A DNA stretch of 64,000 nucleotides from Eledone cirrhosa (taxonomy: Eukaryota): contig OZ024740.1 in assembly GCA_964016885.1 (NCBI GenBank), positions 252,092,001 to 252,156,000 on the forward strand. The letters run 5' to 3'. This document shows positions 39,201 through 53,819 of the stretch, one piece after another; the first letter of the stretch is position 1, and each line of letters opens with the position of its first letter. Both the position numbers and the translations under genes were made by a program. The notes below the pieces were generated by a model that did not search any database, was not told the DNA's origin, and saw only the letters and a list, made by a program, of their open reading frames with translations.

Positions 39201-39279
39201 TCTGGATATTATCTCCCCTTGGCCGGCTGGAAATTATCTCCCCTTGGCCGGCTGGATATTATCTCCCCTCGGCCGTCTG

Positions 39280-40260
39280 GAAATTATCTCCCATTTGACG
39301 ACTGGAATTTATCTCCCCTTGGCCGGCTGGATATTATCTCCCCTTGGCCGACTGGAAATTATCTCCCCTTAGTCGGCTGGAAATTATCTCCCCTCGGCTG
39401 TCTGGAAATTATCTCCCATTTGACGACTGGAATTTATCTCCCCTTGGCCGGCTGGATATTATCTCCACTTGGCCGACTGGAAATTATCTCCCCTTAGTCG
39501 GCTGGAAATTATCTCCCCTTGGCAGGCCCGAAATTATCTCCCCTAAAGTAAATTAAATTAAATTAAATTAAAAAACGAAACGTAACCGGTATACCTAAAA
39601 AAACAAACAAGAAACCGGGAAACCTAAAAAATCGAACGAAACGAAATTATCTCCCCTTGGCCTGCTGGAAATTATCTCCCCTTGGCCGGCTGAAAATTAT
39701 CTCCCCTTGGCTAGCTGGAAATTATCTCCCCTTGGCCGGCTGAAAATTATCTCCCTTTGGCCGGCTGGATACTATCTCCCCTTGGTCAGCTAGAAATTAT
39801 CTCCCCTTGGCCGGCTGGATACTATCTCCCCTTGGCCAGCTGGAAATTATCTCCACTTGGCCGGCTGGAAATTATCTCCTCTTCGCCGGCTGGAAATTAT
39901 CTCCTCTAAATTAAATTAAATTAAATTAAATTAAATTAAATTAAATCAAATTAATTAAATTAATTAATTAATTAATTTTATTTTTTTTATTCTAATTATT
40001 TTTATTTTTTTTATTAATTACGTTATTAATTAATTAATTAATTATGTTAATTGATTTTATTTCAATCCAATGTAATTTAATTTAATTTAATTTAATATAA
40101 TTTAATTTAATTTAATTTAATTTTATTTAAAAAACGAAACGAAACCGGGGTACCAAAAAAACGAACGAAAAGAAACCGGGGAACCTAAAAAATCGAACGA
40201 AATGAAATTATCTCCCCTTGGCTTGCTGGAAATTATCTCAACTCGGCCGGCTGGATACTA
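39280..40260 (+). repeat. Copy of ~9822-10820 (offset ~29.46 kb)
   Basis: Shared CCCATTTGACGACTGG monomers, collapsed spacer and GGTATACC leader. ORF pair 9887/39344. Confidence 0.85.
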
Positions 40261-43200
40261 TCTCCCCTTGGCCGGCTGGATGTTATCTCCCCTTGGCCAG
40301 CTAGAAATTATCTCCCTTTGGCCGGCTGGATGTTATCTCCCCTTGGCCAGCTAGAAATTATCTCCCTTTGGCCGGCTGGATATTATCTCCCCTTGGTCGG
40401 CTGGATATGATCTCCCCTTGGCCGGCTGGAAATTATCTCCCCTTGGCCGTTGGAAATTATCTCCCCTTGGCCGGCTGGAAATTATCTCCCCTTGGCCGGC
40501 TGGAAATTATCTCCCCTTGGCCGGCGGGATATTATCTCCCCTTGGCCGGCAGGAAATTATATCCCCTTGGCCGGCTGGAAATAATCTTCCCTTGGCCGGC
40601 CGGAAATTATCTCCCTTTGGCCGGCTGGATATTATCTCCCCTTGGCCGGCTTGAAATTATCTCCCCTTGGCCGGCTGGATATTATCTCCCCTTGGCCGTC
40701 TGGAATTTATCTCCCCTTGGCCGGCTGGATATTATCTCCCCTTGGCCGGCTTGAAATTATCTCCCCTTGGCCGGCGGGATATTATCTCCCCTTGGCCGGC
40801 TGGATATTATCTCCCCTTGGCCGACTGGAAATTATCTCCGCTTGGGCGGCGGGATATTATCTCCCCTTGGCCGGCTGGATATTATCTCCCCTTGGCCGGC
40901 TGGAAATTATCTCGCCTTGGCCGACTGGAATTTAGCTCCCCTTGGCCGGCTGGAAATATACTCCCCTTGGCCGGCTGGAAATATATTCCCCTTGGCCGGC
41001 TGGAAATTATCTCCTCTTGGCCGGCTGGATATTATCTCCCCTTGGCCGGCTGGATATTATCTCCCCTCGGCCGGCTGGAAATTATCTCCCCTTGGCCGGC
41101 TGGAATTTATCTCCCCTTGGCCGGCTGGAATTTATCTCCCCTTGGCCGGCTGGATTTTATACCCCGTTGGCCGGCTGGAAATAATCTCCCCTTGCCCGGC
41201 TCGAAAATATCTCCCCTAAATTAAATTAAATTAAATTAAATCCAATTAATTAAATTAATTAATTAATTATATTTTTTTTATTTTATTTTTTTTTATTTTT
41301 TTTTATTAATTACGTTATTAATTAATTAATTAATTATGTAAATTGATTTTATTTCAATTTAATGTTATTTAATTTAATTTAATTTAATTTAATTTAATTT
41401 AATTTACTTTAAATCAATTTAATTTAATCTAATTTAATTTAAGTTAATTTTATTTTATTTTATTTCAAAAACGAAACGAAACCCGTGTACCTAAAAAAAC
41501 AAACGAAAAGAAACCGGGGAACCTAAAAAATCGAACGAAACGAAATTATCTCCCCTTGGCCTGCTGGAAATTATCTTCCCTTGGTCGGCTTGATATTATC
41601 TCCCCTTGGCAGGCTGGAAATTATCTCCCCTTGGCCGACTGGAAATTATCTCTCCTTGGGCGGCGGGATATTATCTCCCCTTGGCCGGCTGGAAGTTATC
41701 TCCCCTTGGCCAGCTGGAAATTATCTCGCCTTGGCCGGCTGGAATTTAGCTCTCCTTGGCCGGCTGGAAATATACTCCCCTTGGCCGGCTGGAAATATAC
41801 TCCCCTTGGCCGGCTGGAAATTATCTCCTCTTGGCCGGCTGGATATTATCTCCCCTTGGCTGCTGGATATTATCTCCCCTTGGCCAGCTGGAAATTATCT
41901 CCACTTGGCCGGCTGCAAATTATCTCCTCTTGGCCAGCTGGAAATTATCTCCCCTAAATTAAATTAAATTAAATCAAATTAATTAAATTAATTAATTAAT
42001 TGATTATATTTTTTTTATTTTATTTATTTTAATTTTTTTTTTAATTACGTTATTAATTAATTAATTAATTATGTAAATTGATTTTATTTTAATTTAATGT
42101 AATTTAATTTAATTTAATTTACTTTAATTCAATTTAATTTAATTTTATTTAATTTTATTTTATTTTATTTTATTTAAAAAACGAAACGAAACCGGGGCAC
42201 CTAAAAAAACAAACGAAAAGAAACCGGGGAACCTAAAAAATCGAACGAAATGAAATTATCTCCCCTTGGCTTGCTGGAAATTATCTCAACTCGACCGGCT
42301 GGATACTATCTCCCCTTGGCCGGCTGGAAATTATCTCCCCTTAGCCGGCTGGAAATTATCTCCCATTGGCCGGCTGGATATTATCTCCCCTTGGCCGGCT
42401 GGATGTTATCTCCCCTTGGCCAGCTAGAAATTATCTCCAGTTGGCCGGCTGGAAATTATCTTCTCTTGGCCGGCTGGAAATTATCTCCCTTTGGCCGGCT
42501 GCATATTATCTCCCCTTGGCCGGCTAGATATGATCTCCCCTTGGCCGGCTGGAAATTATCTCCCCTTGGCAGGTTGGAAATTATCTCCCTTTGGCCGGCT
42601 GAAAATTATCTCCCTTTGGCCGGCTGGATACTATCTCCCCTTGGTCAGCTAGAAATTATCTCCCCTTGGCCGGCTGGATACTATCTCCCCTTGGCCAGCT
42701 GGAAATTATCTCCACTTGGCCGGCTGGAAATTATCTCCTCTTCGCCGGCTGGAAATTATCTCGCCTTGGCCGGCTGGAAATTATCTCCTCTAAATTCAAT
42801 TAAATTAAATTAAATTAAATTAAATTAAATCAAATTAATTAAATTAATTAATTAATTAATTTTATTTTTTTTATTCTAATTATTTTTATTTTTTTTTATT
42901 AATTACGTTATTAATTAATTAATTAATTATGTTAATTGATTTTATTTCAATCCAATGTAATTTAATTTAATTTAATTTAATATAATTTAATTTAATTTAA
43001 TTTAATTTTATTTTATTTAAAAAACGAAACGAAACCGGGGTACCAAAAAAACGAACGAAAAGAAACCGGGGAACCTAAAAAATCGAACGAAATGAAATTA
43101 TCTCCCCTTGGCTTGCTGGAAATTATCTCAACTCGGCCGGCTGGATACTATCTCCCCTTGGCCGGCTGGAAATTATCTCCCCTTAGCCGGCTGGAAATTA

Positions 43201-43549
43201 TCTCCCCTTGGCCGGCTGGATAATATCTCCCCTTGGCCGGCTGGAAATTATGTTCTCTTGGCCGGCTGGAAATTATCTCCTCTTGGCCGGCTGGAAATTA
43301 TCTCCCCTTGGCCGGCTGGATATTATCTGCCCTTGGCCGGCTGGATGTTATCTCCCCTTGGTCAGCTAGAAATTATCTCCCTTTGGCCAGCTGGATATTA
43401 TCTCCCCTTGGTCGGCTGGATATGATCTCCCCTTGGCCGGCTGGAAATTATCTCCCCTTGGCCGTTGGAAATTATCTCCCCTTGGCCGGCTGGAAATTAT
43501 CTCCCCTTGGCCGGCTGGAAATTATCGCCCCTTGGCCGGCTGGATGTTA

Positions 43550-45600
43550 TGTCCCCTTGGCCGGCTGGATATTATCTCCCCTTGGCCGGCAGGAAATTAT
43601 ATCCCCTTGGCCGGCTGGAAATAATCTTCCCTTGGCCGGCCGGAAATTATCTCCCTTTGGCCGGCTGGATATTATCTCCCCTTGGCCGGCTTGAAATTAT
43701 CTCCCCTTGGCCGGCTGGATATTATCTCCCCTCGGCCGGCTGGAAATTATCTCCCCTTGGCCATCTGGAATTTATCTCCCCTTGGCCGGCTGGATATTAT
43801 CTCCCCTTGGCCGGCTTGAAATTATCTCCCCTTGGCCGGCGGGATATTATCTCCGCTTGGCCGGCTGGATATTATCTCCCCTTGGCCGACTGGAAATTAT
43901 CTCCGCTTGGGCGGCGGGATATTATCTCCCCTTGGCCGGCTGGATATTATCTCCCCTTGGCCGGCTGGAAATTATCTCGCCTTGGCCGACTGGAATTTAG
44001 CTCCCCTTGGCCGGCTGGAAATATACTCCCCTTGGCCGGCTGGAAATATATTCCCCTTGGCCGGCTGGAAATTATCTCCTCTTGGCCGGCTGGATATTAT
44101 CTCCCCTCGGCCGGCTGGATATTATCTCCCCTCGGCCGGCTGGAAATTATCTCCCCTTGGCCGGCTGGAATTTATCTCCCCTTGGCCGGCTGGATTTTAT
44201 ACCCCGTTGGCCGGCTGGAAATAATCTCCCCTTGCCCGGCTCGAAAATATCTCCCCTAAATTAAATTAAATTAAATTAAATCCAATTAATTAAATTAATT
44301 AATTAATTATATTTTTTTTATTTTATTTTTTTTTATTTTTTTTTATTAATTACGTTATTAATTAATTAATTAATTATGTAAATTGATTTTATTTCAATTT
44401 AATGTTATTTAATTTAATTTAATTTAATTTAATTTAATTTAATTTACTTTAAATCAATTTAATTTAATCTAATTTAATTTAAGTTAATTTTATTTTATTT
44501 TATTTCAAAAACGAAACGAAACCCGTGTACCTAAAAAAACAAACGAAAAGAAACCGGGGAACCTAAAAAATCGAACGAAACGAAATTATCTCCCCTTGGC
44601 CTGCTGGAAATTATCTTCCCTTGGTCGGCTTGATATTATCTCCCCTTGGCAGGCTGGAAATTATCTCCCCTTGGCCGACTGGAAATTATCTCTCCTTGGG
44701 CGGCGGGATATTATCTCCCCTTGGCCGGCTGGAAGTTATCTCCCCTTGGCCAGCTGGAAATTATCTCGCCTTGGCCGGCTGGAATTTAGCTCTCCTTGGC
44801 CGGCTGGAAATATACTCCCCTTGGCCGGCTGGAAATATACTCCCCTTGGCCGGCTGGAAATTATCTCCTCTTGGCCGGCTGGATATTATCTCCCCTTGGC
44901 TGCTGGATATTATCTCCCCTTGGCCAGCTGGAAATTATCTCCACTTGGCCGGCTGCAAATTATCTCCTTTTGGCCAGCTGGAAATTATCTCCCCTAAATT
45001 AAATTAAATTAAATCAAATTAATTAAATTAATTAATTAATTGATTATATTTTTTTTATTTTATTTATTTTAATTTTTTTTTTAATTACGTTATTAATTAA
45101 TTAATTAATTATGTAAATTGATTTTATTTTAATTTAATGTAATTTAATTTAATTTAATTTACTTTAATTCAATTTAATTTAATTTTATTTAATTTTATTT
45201 TATTTTATTTAAAAAACGAAACGAAACCGGGGCACCTAAAAAAACAAACGAAAAGAAACCGGGGAACCTAAAAAATCGAACGAAATGAAATTATCTCCCC
45301 TTGGCTTGCTGGAAATTATCTCAACTCGACCGGCTGGATACTATCTCCCCTTGGCCGGCTGGAAATTATCTCCCCTTAGCCGGCTGGAAATTATCTCCCA
45401 TTGGCCGGCTGGATATTATCTCCCCTTGGCCGGCTGGATGTTATCTCCCCTTGGCCAGCTAGAAATTATCTCCACTTGGCCGGCTGGAAATTATCTTCTC
45501 TTGGCCGGCTGGAAATTATCTCCCTTTGGCCGGCTGCATATTATCTCCCCTTGGCCGGCTGGATATGATCTCCCCTTGGCCGGCTGGAAATTATCTCCCC
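43550..45600 (+). repeat. 3.04-kb (three-cassette) higher-order repeat copy of ~40520-42560
   Basis: ORF pairs 41556/44596 (3040) and 42250/45285 (3035). The same period recurs at 54132/57172. Confidence 0.85.
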
Positions 45601-46719
45601 TTGGCAGGTTGGAAATTATCTCCCCTTGGCCGGCTGGAAATTATCTCCCCTTGGCCGGCTGGAAATAATCTCCCCTTGGCCGGCCGGAAATTATCTTCCT
45701 TTGGCCGGCTGGATATTATCTCCGCTTGGCCGGCTGGAAATTATCTCCCCTTGGCCAGCTGGATATTATCTCCCCTCGGCCGGCTGGAAATTATCTCCCC
45801 TTGGCCGGCTGGAATTTATCTCCCTTGGCCGGCTGGAATTTATATCCCCTTGCCCGGCTCGAAAATATCTCCCCTAATTAAAATTAAATTAAATTAAATT
45901 AAATCAAATAAATTAAATTAATTAATTAATTAATTATATTTTTTTTATTTTATTTATTTATTTTTTTTTTAATTAATTACGTTATTAATTAATTAATTAA
46001 TTATGTAAATTGATTTCATTTCAATTTAATGTAATTTAATTTAATTTACTTTAATTCAATTCAATTTAATTTAATTTAATTTAATTTAATTTTATTTAAA
46101 AAACGAAACGAAACCGGGGTACCTAAAAAAACAAACGAAAAGAAACCGGGGAACCTAAAAAATCGAACGAAATGAAATTATCTCCCCTTGGCTTGCTGGA
46201 AATTATCTCAACTCGACCGGCTGGATACTATCTCCCCTTGGTCGGCTGGAAATTATCTCCCCTTAGCCGGCTGGAAATTATCTCCCATTGGCCGGCTGGA
46301 TATTATCTCCCCTTGGCCGGCTGGATGTTATCTCCCCTTGGCCAGCTAGAAATTATCTCCACTTGGCCGGCTGGAAATTATCTTCTCTTGGCCGGCTGGA
46401 AATTATCTCCCTTTGGCCGGCTGCATATTATCTCCCCTTGGCCGGCTGGATATGATCGCCCCTTGGCCGGCTGGAAATTATCTCCCCTTGGCAGGTTGGA
46501 AATTATCTCCCCTTGGCCGGCTGGAAATTATCTCCCCTTGGCCGGCTGGAAATAATCTCCCCTTGGCCGGCCGGAAATTATCTCCCTTTGGCCGGCTGGA
46601 TATTATCTCCGCTTGGCCGGCTGGAAATTATCTCCCCTTGGCCGGCTGGATATTATCTCCCCTCGGCCGGCTGGAAATTATCTCCCCTTGGCCGGCTGGA
46701 ATTTATCTCCCCTTGGCCG

Positions 46720-49200
46720 GCTGGAATTTATATCCCCTTGCCGGCTCGAAAATATCTCCCCTAAATAAAATAAAATTAAATTAAATTAAATCAAATAAAT
46801 TAAATTAATTAATTAATTAATTATATTTTTTTTATTTTATTTATTTTTATTTTTTTTTATTAATTACGTTATTAATTAATTAATTATGTAAATTGATTTC
46901 ATTTCAATTTAATGTAATTTAATTTAATTTAATTTACTTTAATTCAATTCAATTTAATTTAATTTAATTTAATTTAATTTTATTTAAAAAACGAAACGAA
47001 ACCGGGGTACCTGAAAAAACAAACGAAAAGAAACCGAGGAACCTAAAAAATCGAACGAAATGAAATTATCTCCCCTTGGCTTGCTGGAAATTATCTCAAC
47101 TCGGCCGGCTGGATACTATCTCCACTTGACCGGCTGGAAATTCTCTTCTCTTGGCCGGCTGGAAATTATCTCCCCTTGGTCGGCTGGAAATTATCTCCCC
47201 TTGGCCGGCTGGATATTATCTCCCCTTGGCCAGCTAGAAATTATCTCCCCTTGGCCGGCTGGAAATTATCTTTTCTAGGCCGGCTGGAAATTATATCCCT
47301 TTGGCCGGCTGGAAGTTATCTCCCCTTGGCTGGCTGGATATTATCTCCCATTGGCCCACTGGAAATAATCTCCCCTTAACCGGCTGGAAACTATCTCCCC
47401 TTGACCGGCACGAAATTATCTCCCCTAAAGTAAATTAAATCAAATTAATTAAATTAATTATTTATATTTTTTTTATTTTATTTATTTTATTTTTTTTATT
47501 AATTACGTTATTAATTAATTAATTAATTATGTAAATTGATTTTATTTCAATTTAATGTAATTTAATTTAATTTAATTTACTTTAATTCAATTTAATTTAA
47601 TTCAATTTAATTTAATTTAATTTTATTTTATTTTATTTCATTTAAAAAACGAAACGAAACCGGTATACCTAAAAAAACAAAACGAAAAGAAACCGGGGAA
47701 CCTAAAAAATCGAACGAAACGAAATTATCTCCCCTTGGCCTGCTGGAAATTATCTCCCCTTGGCCGACTGGAAATTATCTCCCCTTGGCCGGCTCGAAAT
47801 TATCTCCCATTAGCTGGCTGGAAATTATCTCCCCTTGGCCGGCTGGAAATTATCTCCCCTTGGCCGGCTGGAAATTATCGCCCCTTGGCCGGCTGGATTT
47901 ATGTCCCCTTGGCCGGCTGGATATTATCTCCCCTTGGCCAGCTGGAAATTATCTCCCCTTGGCCGGCTGGAATTTATATCCCCTTGCCGGCTCGAAAATA
48001 TCTCCCCTAAATAAAATAAAATTAAATTAAATTAAATCAAATAAATTAAATTAATTAATTAATTAATTATATTTTTTTTATTTTATTTATTTTTATTTTT
48101 TTTTATTAATTACGTTATTAATTAATTAATTAATTATGTAAATTGATTTCATTTCAATTTAATGTAATTTAATTTAATTTAATTTACTTTAATTCAATTC
48201 AATTTAATTTAATTTAATTTAATTTAATTTTATTTAAAAAACGAAACGAAACCGGGGTACCTGAAAAAACAAACGAAAAGAAACCGGGGAACCTAAAAAA
48301 TCGAACGAAATGAAATTATCTCCCCTTGGCTTGCTGGAAATTATCTCAACTCGGCCGGCTGGATACTATCTCCACTTGGCCGGCTGGAAATTCTCTTCTC
48401 TTGGCCGGCTGGAAATTATCTCCCCTTGGCCGGCTGGAAATTATCTCCCCTTGGCCGGCTGGATATTATCTCCCCTTGGCCAGCTAGAAATTATCTCCCC
48501 TTGGCCGGCTGGAAATTATCTTTTCTAGGCCGGCTGGAAATTATATCCCTTTGGCCGGCTGGAAGTTATCTCCCCTTGGCTGGCTGGATATTATCTCCCA
48601 TTGGCCCACTGGAAATAATCTCCCCTTAACCGGCTGGAAACTATCTCCCCTTGACCGGCACGAAATTATCTCCCCTAAAGTAAATTAAATCAAATTAATT
48701 AAATTAATTATTTATATTTTTTTTATTTTATTTATTTTATTTTTTTTATTAATTACGTTATTAATTAATTAATTAATTATGTAAATTGATTTTATTTCAA
48801 TTTAATGTAATTTAATTTAATTTAATTTACTTTAATTCAATTTAATTTAATTCAATTTAATTTAATTTAATTTTATTTTATTTTATTTCATTTAAAAAAC
48901 GAAACGAAACCGGTATACCTAAAAAAACAAAACGAAAAGAAACCGGGGAACCTAAAAAATCGAACGAAACGAAATTATCTCCCCTTGGCCTGCTGGAAAT
49001 TATCTCCCCTTGGCCGACTGGAAATTATCTCCCCTTGGCCGGCTCGAAATTATCTCCCATTAGCTGGCTGGAAATTATCTCCCCTTGGCCGGCTGGAAAT
49101 TATCTCCCCTTGGCCGGCTGGAAATTATCGCCCCTTGGCCGGCTGGATTTATGTCCCCTTGGCCGGCTGGATATTATCTCCCCTTGGCCAGCTGGAAATT
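46720..49200 (+). repeat. Tandem 1250-bp (two-cassette) duplication
   Basis: ORF pairs 47060/48310 and 47735/48985. It is repeated at 59823/61073 and 60498/61748. Confidence 0.9.
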
Positions 49201-51309
49201 ATCTCCACTTGGCCGGCTGCAAATTATATCCTCTTGGCCAGCTGGAAATTATCTCCCCTAAATTAAATGAAATTAAATTAAATTAAATCAAATTAATTAA
49301 ATTAATTAATTAATTATATTTTTTTTATTTTATTTATTTATTTTTTTTTTTTTAATTACGTTATTAATTAATTAATTAATTATGTAAATTGATTTTATTT
49401 CAATTTAATGTAATTTAATTTAATTTAATTTACTTTAATTCAATTCAATTTAATTTAATTTAATTTAATTTAATTTACTTTAATTCAATTTAATTTAATG
49501 TAATTTAATTTAATTTAATTTAATTTAATTTTATTTTATTTCATTTAAAAAACGAAACGAAACCGGTGTGCCTAAAAAAACAAAAGAAAAGAAACCGGGG
49601 AACCTAAAAAATCAAACGAAACGAAATTATCTCCCCTTGGCCTGCTGGATATTATCTCCCCTTGGCCAGCTGGAAATAATCTCCCCTTGGCCGGCTGGAA
49701 ATTATGTCCCCTTGGCCGGCTCGAAATTATCTCCCCTAAATTAAATTAAATTATATTAAATTAAATTAAATTAAATTAAATCAAATTAATTAATTTAATT
49801 AATTAATTAATTTTATTTTTTTTATTCTAATTATTTTTATTTTTTTTTATTAATTACTTAATTAATTATGTTAATTGATTTTATTTCAATCCAATGTAAT
49901 TTAATTTAATTTAATTTAATTTAATTTTATTTTATTTTATTTAAAAAACGAAATAAAATCGGGGTACCTAAAAAAACAAACGAAACGAAATTATCTCCCC
50001 TTGGTCTGCTGGAAATTATCTCCCCTTGGCCGGCTGGATATTATCTCCCCTTGGCCGACTGCAAATTATCTTCTCTTGGCCGGCTGGAAATTATCTCCCT
50101 TTGGCCGGCTGGAAATTATCTCCCCTTGGCCGGCTGGAAATTATCTCCCATTGGCTGGCTGGAAATTATCACCCCTAGGCCGGCTGGGAATTAACTCCAC
50201 TTGGCTGGCTAGAAACTATCTTCCCTTGGCCGGCTGGATATTATCTCCCCTTGGCCGGCTAGAAATAATCTCCCCTTAGCCGGCTCGAAATTATCTCTCC
50301 TAAATTAAATTAAATTAAATTAAATTAAATTAAATCAAATTAATTAAATTAATTAATTAATTAATTTTATTTTTTTAATTCTAATTATTTTTATTTTTTT
50401 TTATTAATTACGTTATTAATTAATTAATTATGTTAATTGATTTTATTTCAATCCAATGTAATTTAATTTAATTTAATTTAATTTAATTTTATTTTATTTT
50501 ATTTTATTTTATTTAAAAAACGAAACAAAACCGTGTTACCTAAAAAAACAAACGAAAAGAAACTGGGGAACCTAAAAAATCAAACGAAACGAAATTATCT
50601 CCCCTTGGTCTGCTGGAAATTATCTTCTCTTGGCCGGCTGGAAATTATCTCCCTTTCGCCGGCTGGAAATTATCTCCCCTTGGCCGGCTGGAAATTAGCT
50701 CCCATTGGCTGGCTGGAAATTATCTCCCCTTGGCCGGCTGGAAATTATCTCCCCTTGGCCGTCTGGAAATTATCGCCCCTTGGCCGGCTGGATTTATGTC
50801 CCCTTGGCCGGCTGGATATTATCTCCCCTTGGCCAGCTGGAAATTATCTCCCCTAAATTAAATGAAATTAAATTAAATTAAATCAAATTAATTAAATTAA
50901 TTAATTAATTAATTATTTTTTTATTTTATTTATTTATTTATTTTTTTTTAATTACGTTATTAATTAATTAATTAATTATGTAAATTGATTTTATTTCAAT
51001 TTAATGTAATTTAATTTAATTTAATTTACTTTAATTCAATTCAATTCAATTTAATTTAATTTAATTTAATTTACTTTAATTCAATTTAATTTAATGTAAT
51101 TTAATTTAATTTAATTTAATTTTATTTTATTTTATTTCATTTAAAAAACGAAACGAAACCGGTGTGCCTAAAAAAACAAAAGAAAAGAAACCGGGGAACC
51201 TAAAAAATCAAACGAAACGAAATTATCTCCCCTTGGCCTGCTGGATATTATCTCCCCTTGGCCAGCTGGAAATAATCTCCCCTTGGCCGGCTGGAAATTA
51301 TGTCCCCTT

Positions 51310-53680
51310 GGCCGGCTGGAAATTATCTTCTCTTGGCCGGCTGGAAATTATCTCCCTTTGGCCGACTGGATATTATCTCCCCTTGGCCGGCTGGATATGA
51401 TCTCCCCTTGGCCGGCAGGAAATTATATCCCCTTGGCCGGCTGGAAATAATCTCCCCTTGGCCGGCCAGAATTAATCTCCCTTTGGCCGGCTGGATATTA
51501 TCTCCCCTTAGCCGGCTTGAAATTATCTCCCCTTGGCCGGCTGGATATTATCTCCCCTCGGCCGGCTGGAAATTATCTCCCCTTGACCGGCTGGAATTTA
51601 TCTCCCCTTGGCCGGCTGGAATTTATATCCCCTTGACCGGCTGGAAATAATCTCCCCTTGCCCGGCTCGAAAATATCTCCCCTAAATTAAATTAAATTAA
51701 ATTAAATTAAATCAAATTAATTAAATTAATTAATTAATTAATTATATTTTTTTTATTTTATTTATTTTCATTTTTTTTTATTAATTACGTTATTAATTAA
51801 TTAATTAATTATGTAAATTGATTTTATTTCAATGTAATGTAATTTAATTTAATTTAATTTAATCGAAATTATCTCCCCTTGGCCTGCTGGAAATTATCTC
51901 CCCTTGGCCGGCTTGATATTATCTTCCCTTGGCAGGCTGGAAATTATCTCCCCTTGGCCGGCGGGATATTATCTCCCCTTGGCAGGCTGGATATTATCTC
52001 CCCTTGGCCGACTGGAAATTATTTCCCCTTGGGCGGCGGGATATTATCTCCCCTTGGCCGGCTGGAAGTTATCTCCCCTTGGCCGGCTGGAAATTATCTC
52101 GCCTTGGCCGGCTGGAATCTAGCTCCCCTTGGCCGGCTGGAAATACACTCCCCTTCGCCGGCTGGAAATATACTCCCCTTGGCCGGCTGGAAATTATCTC
52201 CCCTTGGCCGGCTCGATATTATCTCCCCTAGGCCGGCTGGAAATTATCTCCCCTTGGCCGGCTGGAATTTATCTCCCCTTGGCCGGCTGGAATTTATATT
52301 CCCTTGGCCGGCTGGAAATAATCTCCCCTTGCCCGGCTCTAAAATATCTCCCCTAAATTAAATTAAATTAAATTAAATTAAATCAAATTAATTAAATTAA
52401 TTAATTAATTAATTATATTTTTTTTATTTTATTTTTTTTTATTTTTTTTTTATTAATTACGTTATTAATTAATTAATTAAATATGTAAATTGATTTTATT
52501 TCAATTTAATGTAATTTAATTTAATTTAATTTTATTTAATTTACTTTAATTCAATTCAATTTAATTTAATTTAATTTAATTTAATTTAATTTAATTTTAT
52601 TTAAAAAACGAAACGAAACCGGTGTACCTAAAAAAACAAACGAAAAGAAACCGGGGAACCTAAAAAATCGAACGAAATGAAATTATCTCCCCTTGGCTTG
52701 CTGGAAATTATCTCCCCTTAGCCGGCTGGAATTTATCTCCCCTTGGCCGGCTGGATATTATGTCCCCTTAGCCGGCTGGAATTTATCTCCCCTTGGCCGG
52801 CTGGATATTATCTCCCCTTGGCCGGCTGGTAATTAACTTCTCTTGGTCGGCTGGAAATTATCTCCCCTTGGCCGGCTGGAAATTATCTCCCCTTAGCCGG
52901 CTGGAATTTATCTCCCCTTGGCCGGCTGGATATAATCTCCCCTTGGCCGGCTGGAAATTATCTTCTCTTGGCCGACTGGAAATTATCTCCCCTTGGCCGG
53001 CTGGAAATTATCTCCCCTTGGCCGGCTGGATATTATCTCCCCTTGGCCGGCTGGATATTATCTCCCCTTGGCCAGCTAGAAATTATCTCCCCTTGGCCGG
53101 CTGGAAATTATCTTCTCTAGGCCGGCTGGAAATTATCTCCCTTTGGCCGGCTGGAAGTTATCTCCCCTTGGCTGGCTGGATATTATCTCCCATTGGCCGA
53201 CTGGAAATTATCTCCCCTTAACCGGCTGGAAATTATCTCCCCTTGACCGGCACGAAATTATCTCCCCTAAAGTAAATTAAATCTAATTAATTAAATTAAT
53301 TAATTAATTATTTATATTTTTTTTATTTAATTTATTTTATTTTTTTTATTAATTACGTTATTAATTAATTAATTAATTATGTAAATTGATTTTATTTTAA
53401 TTTAATTTAATTTAATTTACTTTAATTCAATTTAATTTAATTCAATTTAATTTAATTTTATTTTATTTCATTTAAAAAACGAAACGAAACCGGTGTGCCT
53501 AAAAAACAAAAGAAAGAAACCGGGGAACCTAAAAAATCGAACGAATCGAAATTAACTCCCCTTGGCCTGCTGGAAATTATCTCCCCTTGGCCGGCTGAAA
53601 ATTAGCTCCCTTTGGCCGGCTGGATACTATCTCCCCTTGGCCGGCTGTAAATTATCTCCCCTTGGGCGGCTGGAAGTTAT
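51310..53680 (+). repeat. Copy of ~35260-37400 (offset ~16.05-16.3 kb)
   Basis: Shared leaderless cassette (35813/51865), GGCCAGAATTAATC variant and AATTAACTCCCC first core. Confidence 0.85.
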
Positions 53681-53819
53681 CTCCCCTTGGCCGGCTGGAT
53701 ATTATCTCTCCTTGGCCAGCTAGAAATTATCTCCTCTTGGCCGGCTGGATATTATCACCCCTTGGCCAGCTGGAAATTATCTCCACTTGGCCGGCTGGAA
53801 ATTATCTCCTCTTGGCCGG